DNA of 63,504 bases, counting the filler, from Chiloscyllium plagiosum (Eukaryota), in NCBI RefSeq assembly GCF_004010195.1. It is 3 parts of one record of this genome, joined end to end, with 100 filler letters (N's around TTAATTAATTAA, not from the genome) between each part and the next. Parts side by side here need not be neighbours in the genome. Positions count along the whole stretch, not along the records: positions 1 to 28,067 come from NC_057714.1; 2 more parts are not named here. One strand, 5' to 3'. Made by a program: the position numbers and the translations under genes. The notes beneath the pieces were generated by a model, which had not been told where the DNA came from, made no database searches, and saw only the letters and a program-made list of their open reading frames with translations. This document shows, one piece after another, positions 11,954 through 24,559 of the stretch. Within the stretch, counting starts at the first letter, position 1. Each line of letters opens with the position of its first letter.

Positions 11954-12481
11954 TACCTCTTATGCTCACATCCAAATCATTTATATGAATGACGAAGAGT
12001 AGTGGACCCAGCACCGATCATTGTGGCACACCACTGGTCACACATTTCCTTAGATAAGGGACCAAAACTGCTCATAGGACTTCAGATGTGGGTCTCACCA
12101 GCCCCTTGTACAGTTACAGGATGGTAGGATGTGGTTTCCATACTTAAAAGACATTAGTGAACCAGATGCAATTTTACAGCAATCAACATGGGTTTCATGG
12201 TCATCATTAGACCCATAATTCCAGACTTTTAGTGAATTCATCTTCCATAAATATGATTTGAACCAAGGTACTTACGACATTACCTGGGTCTCTGGATTAA
12301 CAATCAACAATAGACCATAAGACCATGAGACATAGGAGCAGAAATTAGGCCATTCAGCCCATTGAGTCTGCTCCACCATTCAATCGTGACTGATACATTT
12401 CCCATTCTCCCACTTTCTCCCCGATAAGACCGTAGTCACCCTTACTTCCTTACAGCTTGACTTATGTTTCCCTCCATGTGA

Positions 12482-12712
12482 CACAGGTGTGTGTATGTGA
12501 GTGTTGTGAGAGTGTGTGTGTGTGTGAGAGAGAGAGTGTGTGTGAGACAGCGTGTGTGTGTATGTGACAGAGTGAGTGTGTGTGTGTATGTGGGAGAGAG
12601 TGCATGTGTGAGTGTGTGCACGTGTATGTGAGAGAGTGCATGTGTGTGCGTGTATGTGAGAGAGTGCGTGTGTGTGTGTCTGTGAGTGTCTGTGTATCTG
12701 TGTGTGTATGTG
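12482..12712. repeat. Degenerate (TG/AG)n microsatellite
   Basis: Directly visible. Confidence 0.95.
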
Positions 12713-14059
12713 AACTGGCCATCACTTCCTTGGTGACTTTGCCCCACTGATTAGCTCAGGCTAACTGATTACTTTCCCCAGTCACAATCCTATGGGAAGT
12801 TCTGACCCTCTTCCTCACGATTGGTCACGCCTGCTTCGTCACGCCGGTTTTTTTGTCTATGTCACATTGACTTGGTTGCCCTTCAGGCCATTTTATCAAA
12901 TCAAAGCAAATCAAAATCATAAAACACAAACACTGCCTTCCGGGTCTCGTTCCCCTCACTGGTTAAAAATGCTCCTTGAAGGAAATTACCTCTCAGAAAT
13001 TCAGTTTTCCCTTTCCTGCCAAAAAGCTTTATGCCTTCAAGAACTGTTAAACTATACAAAACACAAGAATATTCCAAGACTTCAATATTGCTATCATAGC
13101 TTGAAAAATTTCTTTTAAACCTTCTCCTATATTTCTGGTGAAAACAAAGCATGCAAAAGATGGTTATTTGCAAGAGCTACTGAGATTACCCCATTCAATT
13201 GCCTTTTCGCCTGAAAATCTTTGATTCTTCAGATAAATAGCTAATTCCTTGTAAAAGCCATAATTGAATCTGTCTGCAACTTAATCTTAAGCAGAACATT
13301 TCAGAACATAACAACTGAGACAGTGAGTAAAATAAATCCTAATCTCACCCCATTCCGTTTTGTCAATTGCTTTAAATCTATAGCCCTGGTATCCAATCTT
13401 TATTTTTAGCACAAATGGTCCTTATTTCCTGCAGAAAATAACTCTTGGATTTAGAAATTGATTCAGATTAATACATCATAGTTCCTTCTATTCTGAATAT
13501 TGAATAAGTGACAAAGTTATTGGCATGTCACCTGTTACTTTGAAACTGATTTTATAAAATGCCTAAAGCATGGAGGTTGTCAGTAATTTCACTGCATTCA
13601 TCAAAATTAATCTGAATGTTGGAACAGAATGTTTCCAGCATTAATGGATAGCAGTAATCTGCTATCTGCATTTATCATGCCAGTCAATACAATTTCACAC
13701 TTACCTTGCGTTCTGCAATTGAAATGCAAAAGGAACAGATGGCATGGAATCATTTGCATACAATTCCCTCAATAAGCCTTTTACATAAGTTTGAATGATG
13801 ATCAATTATATCATAAGGTGGAATTAATTTCATCTTTAATATCTAAGCAGCAGCAAGCTGGAAAACGGGATTTTAAAAAAACTACACTGAATAATTAACA
13901 ACATACAGGTAGTCAAGTCATTTGTGATGGCCAATTCATCAGCATCTTCTTGATAAATACTTGAACTATGTCCTTTAATATCAAACTTTTATAAAGCCAC
14001 TTTACGGGACAGAATAATTAGTTCAACATTTAAGAATACAATCTATTGTATTAAATGGT

Positions 14060-14545
14060 ATAAAAAAGATGTTGTGAAACCTTAAAGGGTGTAGGAAAGA
14101 TTTATAAGGATTTTGCCAGGTTTGGGGAGGTTGAACTATAGGAAGAAGTTGAACAGGCTGGGGGCTGTTTTCCCTGGAGTGTCAGAGGTGGAGGAGTGAC
14201 CTTATAGAGGCTTATAAAATCATGAGGGTCATGAATAGGCTGAATAGCCAAGAGTTGTTTCCCCAGGGTAGGGGAGTCCAAAACTAGAGGGCATAGGTTT
14301 AAAATGAGAGGGGAATGATATAAAAAAGACCTGAGGGGCAACCTTTTCACACAGAGGGTGGTGCGTGTATGGAATGAGCTGCCAGGGGAAATGGTGGAGC
14401 CTGGTACAATTATAGCATTTAAAAAAGTTCAGATGTAGATGGGCCAAGTGCTAGCAAATGGGGCTCAATTAATTTAGGACATCGGGTCGGCGTGGATGAG
14501 TCGGACCAAAGGGCATGTTTCCATGTTGTACATCTCAATGATTCA
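14060..14545 (+). mobile_element. CR1 LINE 3' end
   Basis: Homologous to 2150-2650. Confidence 0.9.
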
Positions 14546-14709
14546 GTGATTTTAAATGCCCTAATTGTGTAATACAGATGTAATGGGACCAAAGGCCTCC
14601 TCTATGCCATAGATTTTCTAAGTTTCTACATGCACATAGGATTGAGATTTGGCTTTATCTCATATAATTAAAACCCTTTTTACTTGCAGATAGTTTGTGG
14701 GGAAACACT

Positions 14710-15157
14710 GACATAGAAATGTACAACATGGAAACAGACCCTTTGGTCCAACCTGTCCATGCTGACCAGATATCCTAGAGAAGTTGTCTCATTTGCTAGC
14801 ATTTGGCCCATATCCCTCTAAACCCTTCTCATTCATATACCCATGCAGATGCCTTTTAAGTGCTGTAATTGTACCAGCCTCCACTATTTAGTCTGCCAGC
14901 TCATTCTAAACATGCACCACCCTCTCCGTGAAGACATTGTTCATTAAATCCTTTTTAAAATCTCTCCCCTCTCGCCTTAAATCTATGCCCTCTACTTTTG
15001 GACTCCCCCACTCCAAGGAAAAGACCTTGTCTATATGCCTTATCCATGTCCCTCATGATTTTATAAACCTCTGCAAGATCACCCCTCAGCCTCTGATGTT
15101 ACAGGGAAAATCACCCCAGCCTATTCAAATGCTCCTGATAGCTCAAACCCTCCAGCC
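14710..15157 (-). mobile_element. CR1 LINE 3' part; resumes at 17666-17826
   Basis: CR1 sequence stops at TCCAGCC (15151-15157) and resumes at TCCAACC (17666). Confidence 0.88.
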
Positions 15158-15235
15158 TTGGTTTTGGGCTGGGGTGTACAAAGTTAAAAATCACACAACA
15201 TCAGGTTATAGTCCAACAGGTTTAATTGGAAGCAC

Positions 15236-15264
15236 TAGCTTTCGGAGCGCTGCTCCTTCATCAG
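15236..15264 (-). ncRNA. Minimal hammerhead ribozyme motif (family B)
   Basis: Minus strand reads CTGATGA-A-GGAGC(AGC)GCTCC-GAAA-GCTA. Confidence 0.62.
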
Positions 15265-15502
15265 GTAGTTGTAGAGTACACAATTGTAAGACACAGAATT
15301 TATAGCAAAAGTTTACAGTGTGATGTAACTGAAATTATACATTGAAAAATACCTTGATTGTTTGTTGAGTCTTTCATCTGTTCAAATACCATGATATTTC
15401 ACTTCTTTCATATGTAAATCACAAAACATTTTTTTAAAAGTTACATTCTCAGGTTAACTGTAATAATTGGTGTTAGCCAGATAATGTTGAAGGTGTTAGC
15501 CC

Positions 15503-15922
15503 NNNNNNNNNNNNNNNNNNNNNNNNNNNNNNNNNNNNNNNNNNNNNNNNNNNNNNNNNNNNNNNNNNNNNNNNNNNNNNNNNNNNNNNNNNNNNNNNNN
15601 NNNNNNNNNNNNNNNNNNNNNNNNNNNNNNNNNNNNNNNNNNNNNNNNNNNNNNNNNNNNNNNNNNNNNNNNNNNNNNNNNNNNNNNNNNNNNNNNNNNN
15701 NNNNNNNNNNNNNNNNNNNNNNNNNNNNNNNNNNNNNNNNNNNNNNNNNNNNNNNNNNNNNNNNNNNNNNNNNNNNNNNNNNNNNNNNNNNNNNNNNNNN
15801 NNNNNNNNNNNNNNNNNNNNNNNNNNNNNNNNNNNNNNNNNNNNNNNNNNNNNNNNNNNNNNNNNNNNNNNNNNNNNNNNNNNNNNNNNNNNNNNNNNNN
15901 NNNNNNNNNNNNNNNNNNNNNN
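15503..15922. other. Assembly gap (420 N)
   Basis: Run of N. Confidence 1.
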
Positions 15923-16198
15923 GTGAAGCAGACTGGGATCACAGATAGTTCGGTCAGGGTCACAGTGAAGCAGACTGGGATCACAGATAGTTAGGTCAGG
16001 ATCACGGTGAATCAGACTGGGATCACGGATAGTTAGGTCAGGATCACGGTGATGCAGACTGGGATCAGGGATAGGTCAGGATCACAGTGAAGCAGACTGG
16101 GATCACGGATAGTTCAGTCAGGATCACGGTGAAGCCGACTGGGATCATGGATAGTTAGGTCAGGATCATAGTGAAGCAGACTGGGATAACGGATAGTT
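15923..16198. repeat. 42-bp minisatellite, more than 6.5 copies, running into the gap
   Basis: Unit GTGAAGCAGACTGGGATCACGGATAGTTAGGTCAGGATCACA/G starts at 15923, 15965, 16007, 16049, 16087, 16129 and 16171. Confidence 0.95.
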
Positions 16199-17058
16199 GG
16201 AGTTGTGGACAGTGAGGAGGGCTGTTGTCGGCTGCAGAGGGACTTAGATATGATGCAGAGCTGGGCTGAGGAGTGGCAGATGGAGTTCAACCCTGCCTAG
16301 TGTGAGGTTGTCCATTTTGGAAGAACAAATAAGTATGCGGAATACAGGGTTAATGGTAGGGTTCTTGGTCAGGTGGAGGAACAGAGGGATCTTGGGGTCT
16401 ATGTACATAGATCTTTGAAGGTTGCCACTCAGGTGGATAGAGTTTGTAAGAAGGCCTATGGAGTATTATCGTTCATTAGCAGAGGGATTGAATTCAAGAG
16501 TCGTGAAGTGATGTTGCAGCTGTACAGGACTTTGGTTAGGTCACATTTGGAGTACTGTGTGCAGTTCTGGTCGCCTCACTTTAGGAAAGATGTGGAAGCT
16601 TTGGAGAGGGTGCAGAGAAGATTTACCAGGATGTTGCCTGGAATGGAGAATAGGTCGTACGAGGATAGGTTGAGCGTGCTAGGCCTTTTCTCATTGGAAC
16701 GGAGAAGGATGAGGGGTGACTTGATAGAGGTGTATCAGATGATCAGGGGAATAGACAGAGTAGACAATCAGAAACTTTTTCCCCGGGTACAATAGAGTGT
16801 TACAAGGGGACATAAATTTAAGGTGAAGGGTGGAAGGTATAGGGGAGATGTCAAGGGTAGGTTCTTTACCCAGAGAGTGGTGCGGGCATGGAATGCACTG
16901 CCTGTGGGAGTGGCAGAGTTAGAATCATTGGTGAACTTTAAGAGGCAATTGGATAGGTACATGGATGGGTGCTTAAGCTAGGACAAATGTTCGGCACAAC
17001 ATCGTGGGCCGAAGGGCCTGTTCTGTGCTGTATTGTTCTATGTTCTATGTTCTATGTT
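16197..17058 (+). mobile_element. Young CR1 LINE 3' fragment
   Basis: Nearly open ORF2 C-terminus ([25 protein letters not shown]) and (TTCTATG)n tail. Confidence 0.95.
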
Positions 17059-17588
17059 CAGGAATGCCCTTACTTTACAGACACACACACTCACACATGC
17101 ATCCTCTCACAGACTTAGACCACTCTACACTCACGCACACACATAAGCACTCTCTCTCACACTCACAACCCCCCACCCCAGACAGACAGACAGACACACA
17201 CACATAATCATATACGTTTGTGGGGTGAATTTGTACTTGCAGAGTTACATTGTACTTTGTTCAAAAACTGCATGAATTCATGTAAGACTTGTTAACTCAC
17301 TTTTTAGATTAGAATTAGTCTAAACATTATGGCACAGACAGAGAACACAGAGGGCTAACACCATCGACATATTGTCTGGCTAACACCAATTGTTACAGTT
17401 AACCTGAGAATGTAACTTTTAAAAAAATGTTTTGTGATTTACATATGAAAGAAGTGAAATATCATGGTATTTGAACAGATGAAAGACTCAACAAACAATC
17501 AAGGTATTTTTCAATGTATAATTTCAGTTACATCACACTGTAAACTTTTGCTATAAATTCTGTGTCTTACAATTGTGTACTCTACAAC

Positions 17589-17623
17589 TACCTGATGAAG
17601 GAGCGGCGCTCCGAAAGCTAGTG
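17589..17623 (+). ncRNA. Minimal hammerhead ribozyme motif (family B)
   Basis: TAC-CTGATGA-A-GGAGC(GGC)GCTCC-GAAA-GCTA-GTG: palindromic AGCT stem III and 3-bp stem I. Confidence 0.62.
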
Positions 17624-17907
17624 CTTCCAATTAAACCTGCTGGTGTTGTGTGATTTTTAATTTTGTCCAACCCTGGCAGCATCTTTGTAAATATTTTCCA
17701 AACCCTTTGAAATTTCACCAACATCCTCCCTATAACAGGAAGACCAGAATTGCACACAATATTTCAAAAGTGGCCTAACCAATCTCCTGTACAGCTGCAA
17801 CATGACCTCTCAACTCCTATACTCAGTGGTTAAACCTTGTACATTTCTGGGTTGCTTTTACACTTAATGGGTTGTGGCTCAATTTAGCTGGCGTCCATTG
17901 TTGAATT

Positions 17908-18042
17908 GAAAGCAAAATGTTATGGATGCTGGAGATCTGAAGTAAAAATAGAAATCGATCGAAAAATGCAACAGATCTGGCAGCATCTGTGAACAGAGAA
18001 ACAGCATTGACATTTTAAGTTCAATTTGACTCATCTTACGAA
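17908..18042 (-). mobile_element. Degraded PLE family D terminus
   Basis: GATGCTGGAGATCTGAA..TCTGGCAGCATCTGTG, homologous to 53635-53860. Confidence 0.6.
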
Positions 18043-18354
18043 TTGTCCATTCAAAATAAATTCAAAAACAAAAACAAAGTGGAAACGTTTGGAAAAGCTG
18101 CAGGATGTGACTCTTGACTTGTTTTCATGGTCACACTGGGGAAGAGATGGTCCAGACCATGTGGAAGAGTGGAAGCAGGATTGACATCTTTTCTGAAGTA
18201 AATCCATCCATCCTCATAATAGCACTTATCATGCTCAAATCAATCTAATTTTATGGTTTCATAATAAACAGATTATAAAGATCTCAAGTTTTTCTTTACA
18301 AAAGAATCTGGATTGCAATGTAACAATGACAAGCTGCCTGATTTGAGTGATAGG

Positions 18355-18533
18355 AGAAAGTGAGGACTGCAGATGCTGGAGATCAGAGCTGAAGATGTGT
18401 TGCTGGAAAAGCGCAGCAGGTCAGGCAGCATCCAGGGAACAGGAGAATCGACGTTTTGGGCATGAGCCCTTCTTCTCCTGAAGAAGGGCTCATGCCCGAA
18501 ACGTCGATTCTCCTGCTCCTTGTATGCTGCCTG
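18355..18533. mobile_element. Fold-back PLE family A terminus; intact hammerhead motif on plus strand at 18478-18505
   Basis: Inverted arms, flanked by GCTGCCTGATT(A)TGAGTGATAGG at 18333-18354 and 18526-18548. Confidence 0.85.
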
Positions 18534-19119
18534 ATTATGAGTGATAGGCTGATTGGCCTATCCTCCTATTTGGTGAGCTTTTTCTGATTCTCGATGATTT
18601 CTGTCTGTGAAAAGGAAATGCAATTTATTTCTCAGTCCATCTTCTGTTTACATACATTGCCTGTTTCAAGGCATGAACTCATAAAAGTAAAAAATAAAAC
18701 ATTGTTGCAATGTATAATCTGATTTCAGGAACTACACTTCGTCCATACCACAGAATGACCAAAAGGAACAGTAAGTTAAACTTTGTAATTTCTTAAAATA
18801 GTTCTTCAACGTAAGAGTGCAGCCATGCATGTTTACAACCTGCTGTGCCTTACATTAATTGTGTGCATTGGGCCGGCAGTAAACTTGAAAGGTACATGCC
18901 CATAATAATGTTGGATGAAAGTCCATCTTTTTTTTTTGCATTTGTTCCCAGGAATGTGAGGTGCTGTTGACTGGGATACCACTTATTGACCATTGATTTG
19001 AATGGCTTGCTCGGGCAATCACAGAGTCAGCCAAATTGCTGAGGGTTGATGGAGTCAAGTGTAGGAAAGACCAGGCGAAGAAAGATTGCCTTCCCTGAAA
19101 GTCATCAGTTTTTTGGTGA

Positions 19120-19517
19120 CAAGGCTGAGGGACTTCGGGCTGTTTTCGCTGGAGAGAAGGTTGAGAGGTGACTTAATTGAGACGATAGAATAATCAGAGG
19201 ATTAGATAGGTTGGATTAGTGAGGGCCTTTTTCCTTGGATGGTGATGACTAGCACAAGGAGACATAGCTTTAAATTGAGGGGTGATAGATATAGGACAGA
19301 TGTCAGAGGTAGGTTCTTTATTCAGAGAGTAGTAAGGGCATGGAAAGCACTGCCTGCAACAGTAGTAATTTCGCCAACTCTAAGGGCATTTAAATGGTCA
19401 TTGGATAGGCATATGGATAATAATGGAATAGTGTAGGTCAGATGGGCTTCAGATTGGTTATACAGAATGGCGCAACATCGAGGGCCTAAGGGCCAGTACT
19501 GTGCTGCAATGTTCTCT
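19120..19517 (+). mobile_element. CR1 LINE 3' end
   Basis: HSFKLRGDRYRTDVRGRFF..VRAW.ALP. Confidence 0.9.
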
Positions 19518-22500
19518 GAATGAAATTGCATTTTGTATCTAGGGCTCTGATATCAGTTAATTACTATTGATGCATTATTTTCTTACCTATGAATTGATAA
19601 TGGTTTCAAGGTCACCATTAGGTTAACTTTTAATTTCAATTTTTTTCAAATCAAATTTTAACATTTGCCATAATGGGATTTGAACCCCTTTCCCTAGACC
19701 GTTATCTTGTCTCTTGTGGTCCAGAGATATTACAACTGTTCCACCACCTCCATCGTTCTGGTCATCACATTAATCACAGTGGTGGGATTGTAGCCTGATC
19801 ATAGCGATCAATCTCTATCAATTAAGCCTACAAAACAGACTCAAAACTTAAGTGAGGGAAATGCCAGTGTTGGCGAGCTTTGTGAGCTATAGGTCCAAAG
19901 TCTTCCAGTACTCAAAAGCAGAGAGCATTTAACATGTGGCATAATGCAGCACAAACTAAAGCAGCTTGATTCTCTTAGGGAGTGAAAACGCTCGTGTCTG
20001 TTACTGTTAATTAGACCTGCCATTGTACATTTAGCTTTAATTTAATGTTGGTATGTCAAGTAGCTCGAGTTGTAGGCTAGTAGTGTCACAGTGAGGGAGA
20101 CAGGGCTTTGGACGGCTGACTGAGCAGGGTAAGCATGTATAAATGTCTTTAACCAACAAGATTGAATGATTGTGAAATCAACAGTGTAAGGACTAAGAGC
20201 AAGTGCACTTTAAATTGAGTGAATTCAATGTCAAATTAGATACAGAAAGAGAAGTCAAAAGAGGAAGAGAATGATTAGATTGACAGAGACACACAGAGTT
20301 AAAGAGAGAAAGCAACAATTTGAAAAATGTTTAAAATTAAAATTTGACAACTCAAATTTCTAATGATTAGAACCTGAAAGAATGAGAATCTACACTTGTC
20401 ATTTTTTAATTTTCAGTGCCAGAGAGTTGATTGACAGTAATGAATACTTATCACGTTGTCAAAATGGTACTTAGACTCAAAATAACCAGATTTAACTTTC
20501 TGAACAAGGCTAGTTTGTATTTACTGTTCCTATAAACCACACAAGTCACACTAACTAACAGCAAAGTTTATAATTGTAAGTTTAAGTGTGTAGCCATCCC
20601 TCACCTGAAGTTGTTCTCCCAGATGCACATGAATAATAGTAACTTTATTAGCCTTGACATTAATTTGACAGCAAAATGTATCTCATTATTATCGGAAAGA
20701 GACCAATATGATTTGTATTTGGAAGAATCAAATGCAGTTTAAGTATTGCTGGCAAATTAACCTCAAGTAGTGTTTTCATCAGATAAAATTACACAAGCTT
20801 CCATACCAATTAGGATTGAATAATGAAATGATTGCTGATGGAAGGCGTGTGCATCCTTCTTGAAGCTGTGTTCTACATTATAAATATATGCAGAAACATC
20901 TGCTGCTCGACATTGCAAAGAAATATATATGATTCCAATGTTTTAGCAATTTCACAGGTCATCTTCATAAAAATATTGATGGTGATAATGCATGTCTACA
21001 CAAAGCATCCTTAACTGAGCTTCCTTTATCTCACTGTTGACTGTCTGGTTGAAATTGTCCTAGATAAAATTTTTCCATACCCTGATCCAATATATTTTGC
21101 TAGATTTAAAATTTTAAATGATAATTCATTAAATTTACACATGGAGGATCTTTACATCAATACAATAAAGTGTTTGTTGCAGCATTTTTCAACCCTTCTG
21201 ACAATTCAAGGAAAATTGGAAGTTGTCATTATAATGTGTAATGTTGGAGGACATTATTCTTTCAGTCAAGGTGGAAAACAGAGTACAGCAATTAATGATC
21301 ATTCGTCAGAGGCATGACAAGGCACTACATTTTATAGTCTGATCCTCAATTCATGTTTTCAACAATCAAAGCCACAGAAACTATCCCATTGTCATGCAAG
21401 ACCATCTGTGGCAGCAGATAGCGCATCAAAAGAGTGCACTTTCAACAAAGAGAACAACATGCTTCACAATCCCAAAGATACTAATAGGGCACAGTGACGA
21501 TCTTTGAAAAGCCACAAAGCTACTGCAGCAGCATTTTGAATCTCATCTCTGTTCTGCTACATTTCCCGACAAGATAAGGAAGCATTTGGTGGTCCGCTCA
21601 TCATCTTTGAAGTGCTGCAAGAAAAATAATGAAAAGGGGTGATTGAGCAAGGTGACACAATTGGCATAAATTATGCTTTTAACTTGTCAAGAACATGCAG
21701 CAATGGAATACCTAGAACAGCATGAGTTTGAGGTTACACAATGCATTCATTTAAATGTTGCTACATTGCATAGGCAGCATTGCTTGATAAAATAATTAAA
21801 AACAGCATTGTGTGCAAATTGCTCTGATTTATGGAGGAAATATAAGTCACAATATTTAGCTTATTCTGATCCTAAATCACAATCAGCACATTCTCATTTA
21901 AAAAAAAAACTTTGATTTAAACAAAATTCTCATGAATTTATGGACTGAATGTGTATCAGTCTATTTCAGTATTATGTGGTCCAGTGTGTTGACTGTACTG
22001 CACTTCAATTACAGGTTATGCAGTGCTGGATGTGTCTTGTTCAATTTTCCACACAAAGGACGCACTGGAGGGCAGTGATCAATTCAAATATGAGCTTCTG
22101 GACTTGACTGGGCCATTGCAAAGATCAAATCAATCGAAAAGACAAGTACAAAGCAGAAAATTACAGGAAGTGAAAGCATACTACAGGTTAGGGTTATTAA
22201 AAATTCACCTTCTCCATGGAATCGTTCATGCAAATTGCATCACAACTTAGGACAACTGGCATTTACAGCATTGAAGAATGTTATATAGGCCTCTTTTTCT
22301 CAGTAAGCTCTTTGTTAACTAATTAGATAGCTTCCTTTTTTCTTTCATTACAAACATTTAACCACTTCCTCTTTGGAAGTGCCTCAACCCATCCCAGTGA
22401 GAATGTGTTTCACAATCCACTCACCTCACTGTCAAGAAATTTCCTCCATATTTTGTTTTCCGTTCTCATGGTCCTAAACATTACATATCAGTCACTTCCT

Positions 22501-22971
22501 ACCAAGAGGCAATCACTTCTCCTGAGTTCCCTCTGCCGAAACCTTTCACCCTTGTAAAAATATCTATCAAAATACCTCATCTCTGCTTCAATAAAAATAG
22601 ATCCAGAGTGTCATCTCTCCTTACAAATGCTTTCCAATCCCTGGGATTAGCCAAGTAAGTCTACATCAACAATTTGGACTATACAATGCACTTAACAAAT
22701 CAGATATCCAGGAGCTTCACAGGAGAGTTTGCACTGACTACTGTCTAAGAACACAACATACTTAGGAGCAGGAGAATTCCACTTGGCACCTTGTGCCAGC
22801 ACACTATTCACTAAAAATCTGGATAATCTGTTTGGAGCCTCAATTCCACTTTGCTACTTATCCCTATGGGGATAAGGAAGCTTATAAAGTTGCCCCAAAA
22901 TAAATAAACCTAAGGATTGGGAGACTTTTAGAATTCAGAAAAGGAGGACACCATTGAAACATGAGACTGGT

Positions 22972-23177
22972 GCATGGATAGAATGAGCTGCCAGAAGAAG
23001 TGGTGTAAGATGGTCAAACAACAACATTTAAAAGGATTGGTATATGAATAGGAAAGGTTTCGGGGGATATGGGCTAAATGCTGGCAAATGGGACTAGATT
23101 AATTTAGCATGTCCATTTGGCATGAATGACTTGGAGCTGAGGGTCTGTTTCCATGCTGTATACCTCTGTGACTCTAT
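22972..23177 (+). mobile_element. CR1 LINE 3' end
   Basis: Homologous to 2450-2650. Confidence 0.85.
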
Positions 23178-23829
23178 GCAGTTGATTCCTGAAGCAACTT
23201 GTTTTCACAGTAGAAAGACATTACCCAGAGTCACTATTACCATGTGTCAAACCAATATTTAATATAAAGTTATCAAAGCTTCTTTAGTCTTACATTAAAT
23301 ATGGTTCTATTTATAAAACCTAAAATACTGTTGCCCTTTCTATAGCATTTTCTGCCTACACGCACCTTCAACAAATTATTATGTGATACTGAGTATATTT
23401 GGTGAGCCAGGATAAAGTGGGCACTGAGAACAAACCTTGAGCTGATGTGGCTAAAGCTTTGCCTCACATGATAGAGGGTGATATGCTTAGATAAAATTGG
23501 AATAGTACACTGTAGGTACCTCCTTCCCACACATCTGTAGGCTGTCACTGAATTAGATTTAAATATGTTTCTAGCTGCACCCTTAGGTAGATCCTGCTGG
23601 AGCAGTGGGGTTGGAGGATGTGATGGGGACAGGTGTAAGAGAGCAAGACTGATGTGAAACCAGTACAGGTCGCATCTACCCAAGATGCTGAGAATAGATC
23701 AGCTCAGATTATCCAAAGGAACTGTTGACCTGTGATTTTTGTCAATACAGTGTTTGGGATTTACTGGTTCAGCACCAACAAAGATATGTTTGAGCTAACT
23801 GCATTCAAACCAATAACCCATGTTTCATT

Positions 23830-24525
23830 GAGTAGACTGAGACCACATACTCATTGGAATTCAGAACAATGAGGGGGACCTTATAGAAACAGATCAAATT
23901 ATGAAGGGAATAGATAAGACAGGAGCAGGGATGCTGTTTCCACTGGCAGGTGAAACTAGAACTAGCCTCAAAATAAGGGGGAGCAGATTTAGGACTGAGT
24001 TGAGGAGGAACGTCTTCATCCAAAGGGTTATGAATCTGTGGAATTCCCTGCCCAGTTAAGCAGCTGAGGCTACCTTGTTGAATTTTTTTAAGGCAAAGAT
24101 AGATAGATTCTTGAACAGTAAAGGAAATGGCATTGTGGGTCAACCCATAGCAGGTGGACTGCAGCGGTTCAAGAAGCAGCTCACCATCACCTTCTCGAAG
24201 GCACTTAGGGACAGTGGTTAGCACTGCTGCCTCACAGCGCCTGTAGACCCGGGTTCATTTCCCGCCTCAGGCGACTGACTGTGTACTGCAGCGGTTCAAG
24301 AAGCAGCTCACCATCACCTTCTCGAAGGCACTTAGGGACAGGAAATAAATGCTGACCCAGCCAGTGATGCCCGCATCCCACAAAATGAATTTTGAAAAAT
24401 TAAGAGTTATGCTGAGTGGGTGGGTTTTTGGAGCTAAGTCCATAAAAAGATCAGCCATGTTCTTATTGCATGGTGGAGCAGGCTCGAGGGGCCAGATGGC
24501 CTACTCCTGCTCCTATGTTCTTATC
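23830..24525 (+). mobile_element. CR1-group LINE 3' end with nested LINE tail and SINE fragment (24125-24390)
   Basis: GGGGGACCTTATAGAAAC..GAATCTGTGGAATTCCCTGCCC..GGCCTACTCCTGCTCCTATGTTC. Confidence 0.75.
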
Positions 24526-24559
24526 TTCTTAACCCCATAAACTCCCCCATCAATCCTGT

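Larger units (their letters stand above)
10312..12042 (-). mobile_element. CR1 (HER1-like) LINE with nested PLE and SINE
   Basis: RT C-terminal motifs (RPLLEYW.QFWSP, DLRGNFFT..WNELPEEVVEA) and 3' tail near 10315. Confidence 0.9.
15158..17665. mobile_element. PLE family B insertion with long inverted arms (15175-15502 and about 17350-17665), containing a gap, a minisatellite and a CR1
   Basis: Arms of about 320 bp are near-identical reverse complements, and each carries a hammerhead motif. Confidence 0.8.

Noticed and set aside
15923..16198. Regular array resembling CRISPR
   Set aside because: Units are contiguous with no unique spacers, there are no cas genes, and the context is vertebrate.
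22015..22186. AG..GT-bounded open 172-nt segment
   Set aside because: Weak donor, unrecognised peptide and no partner exons.
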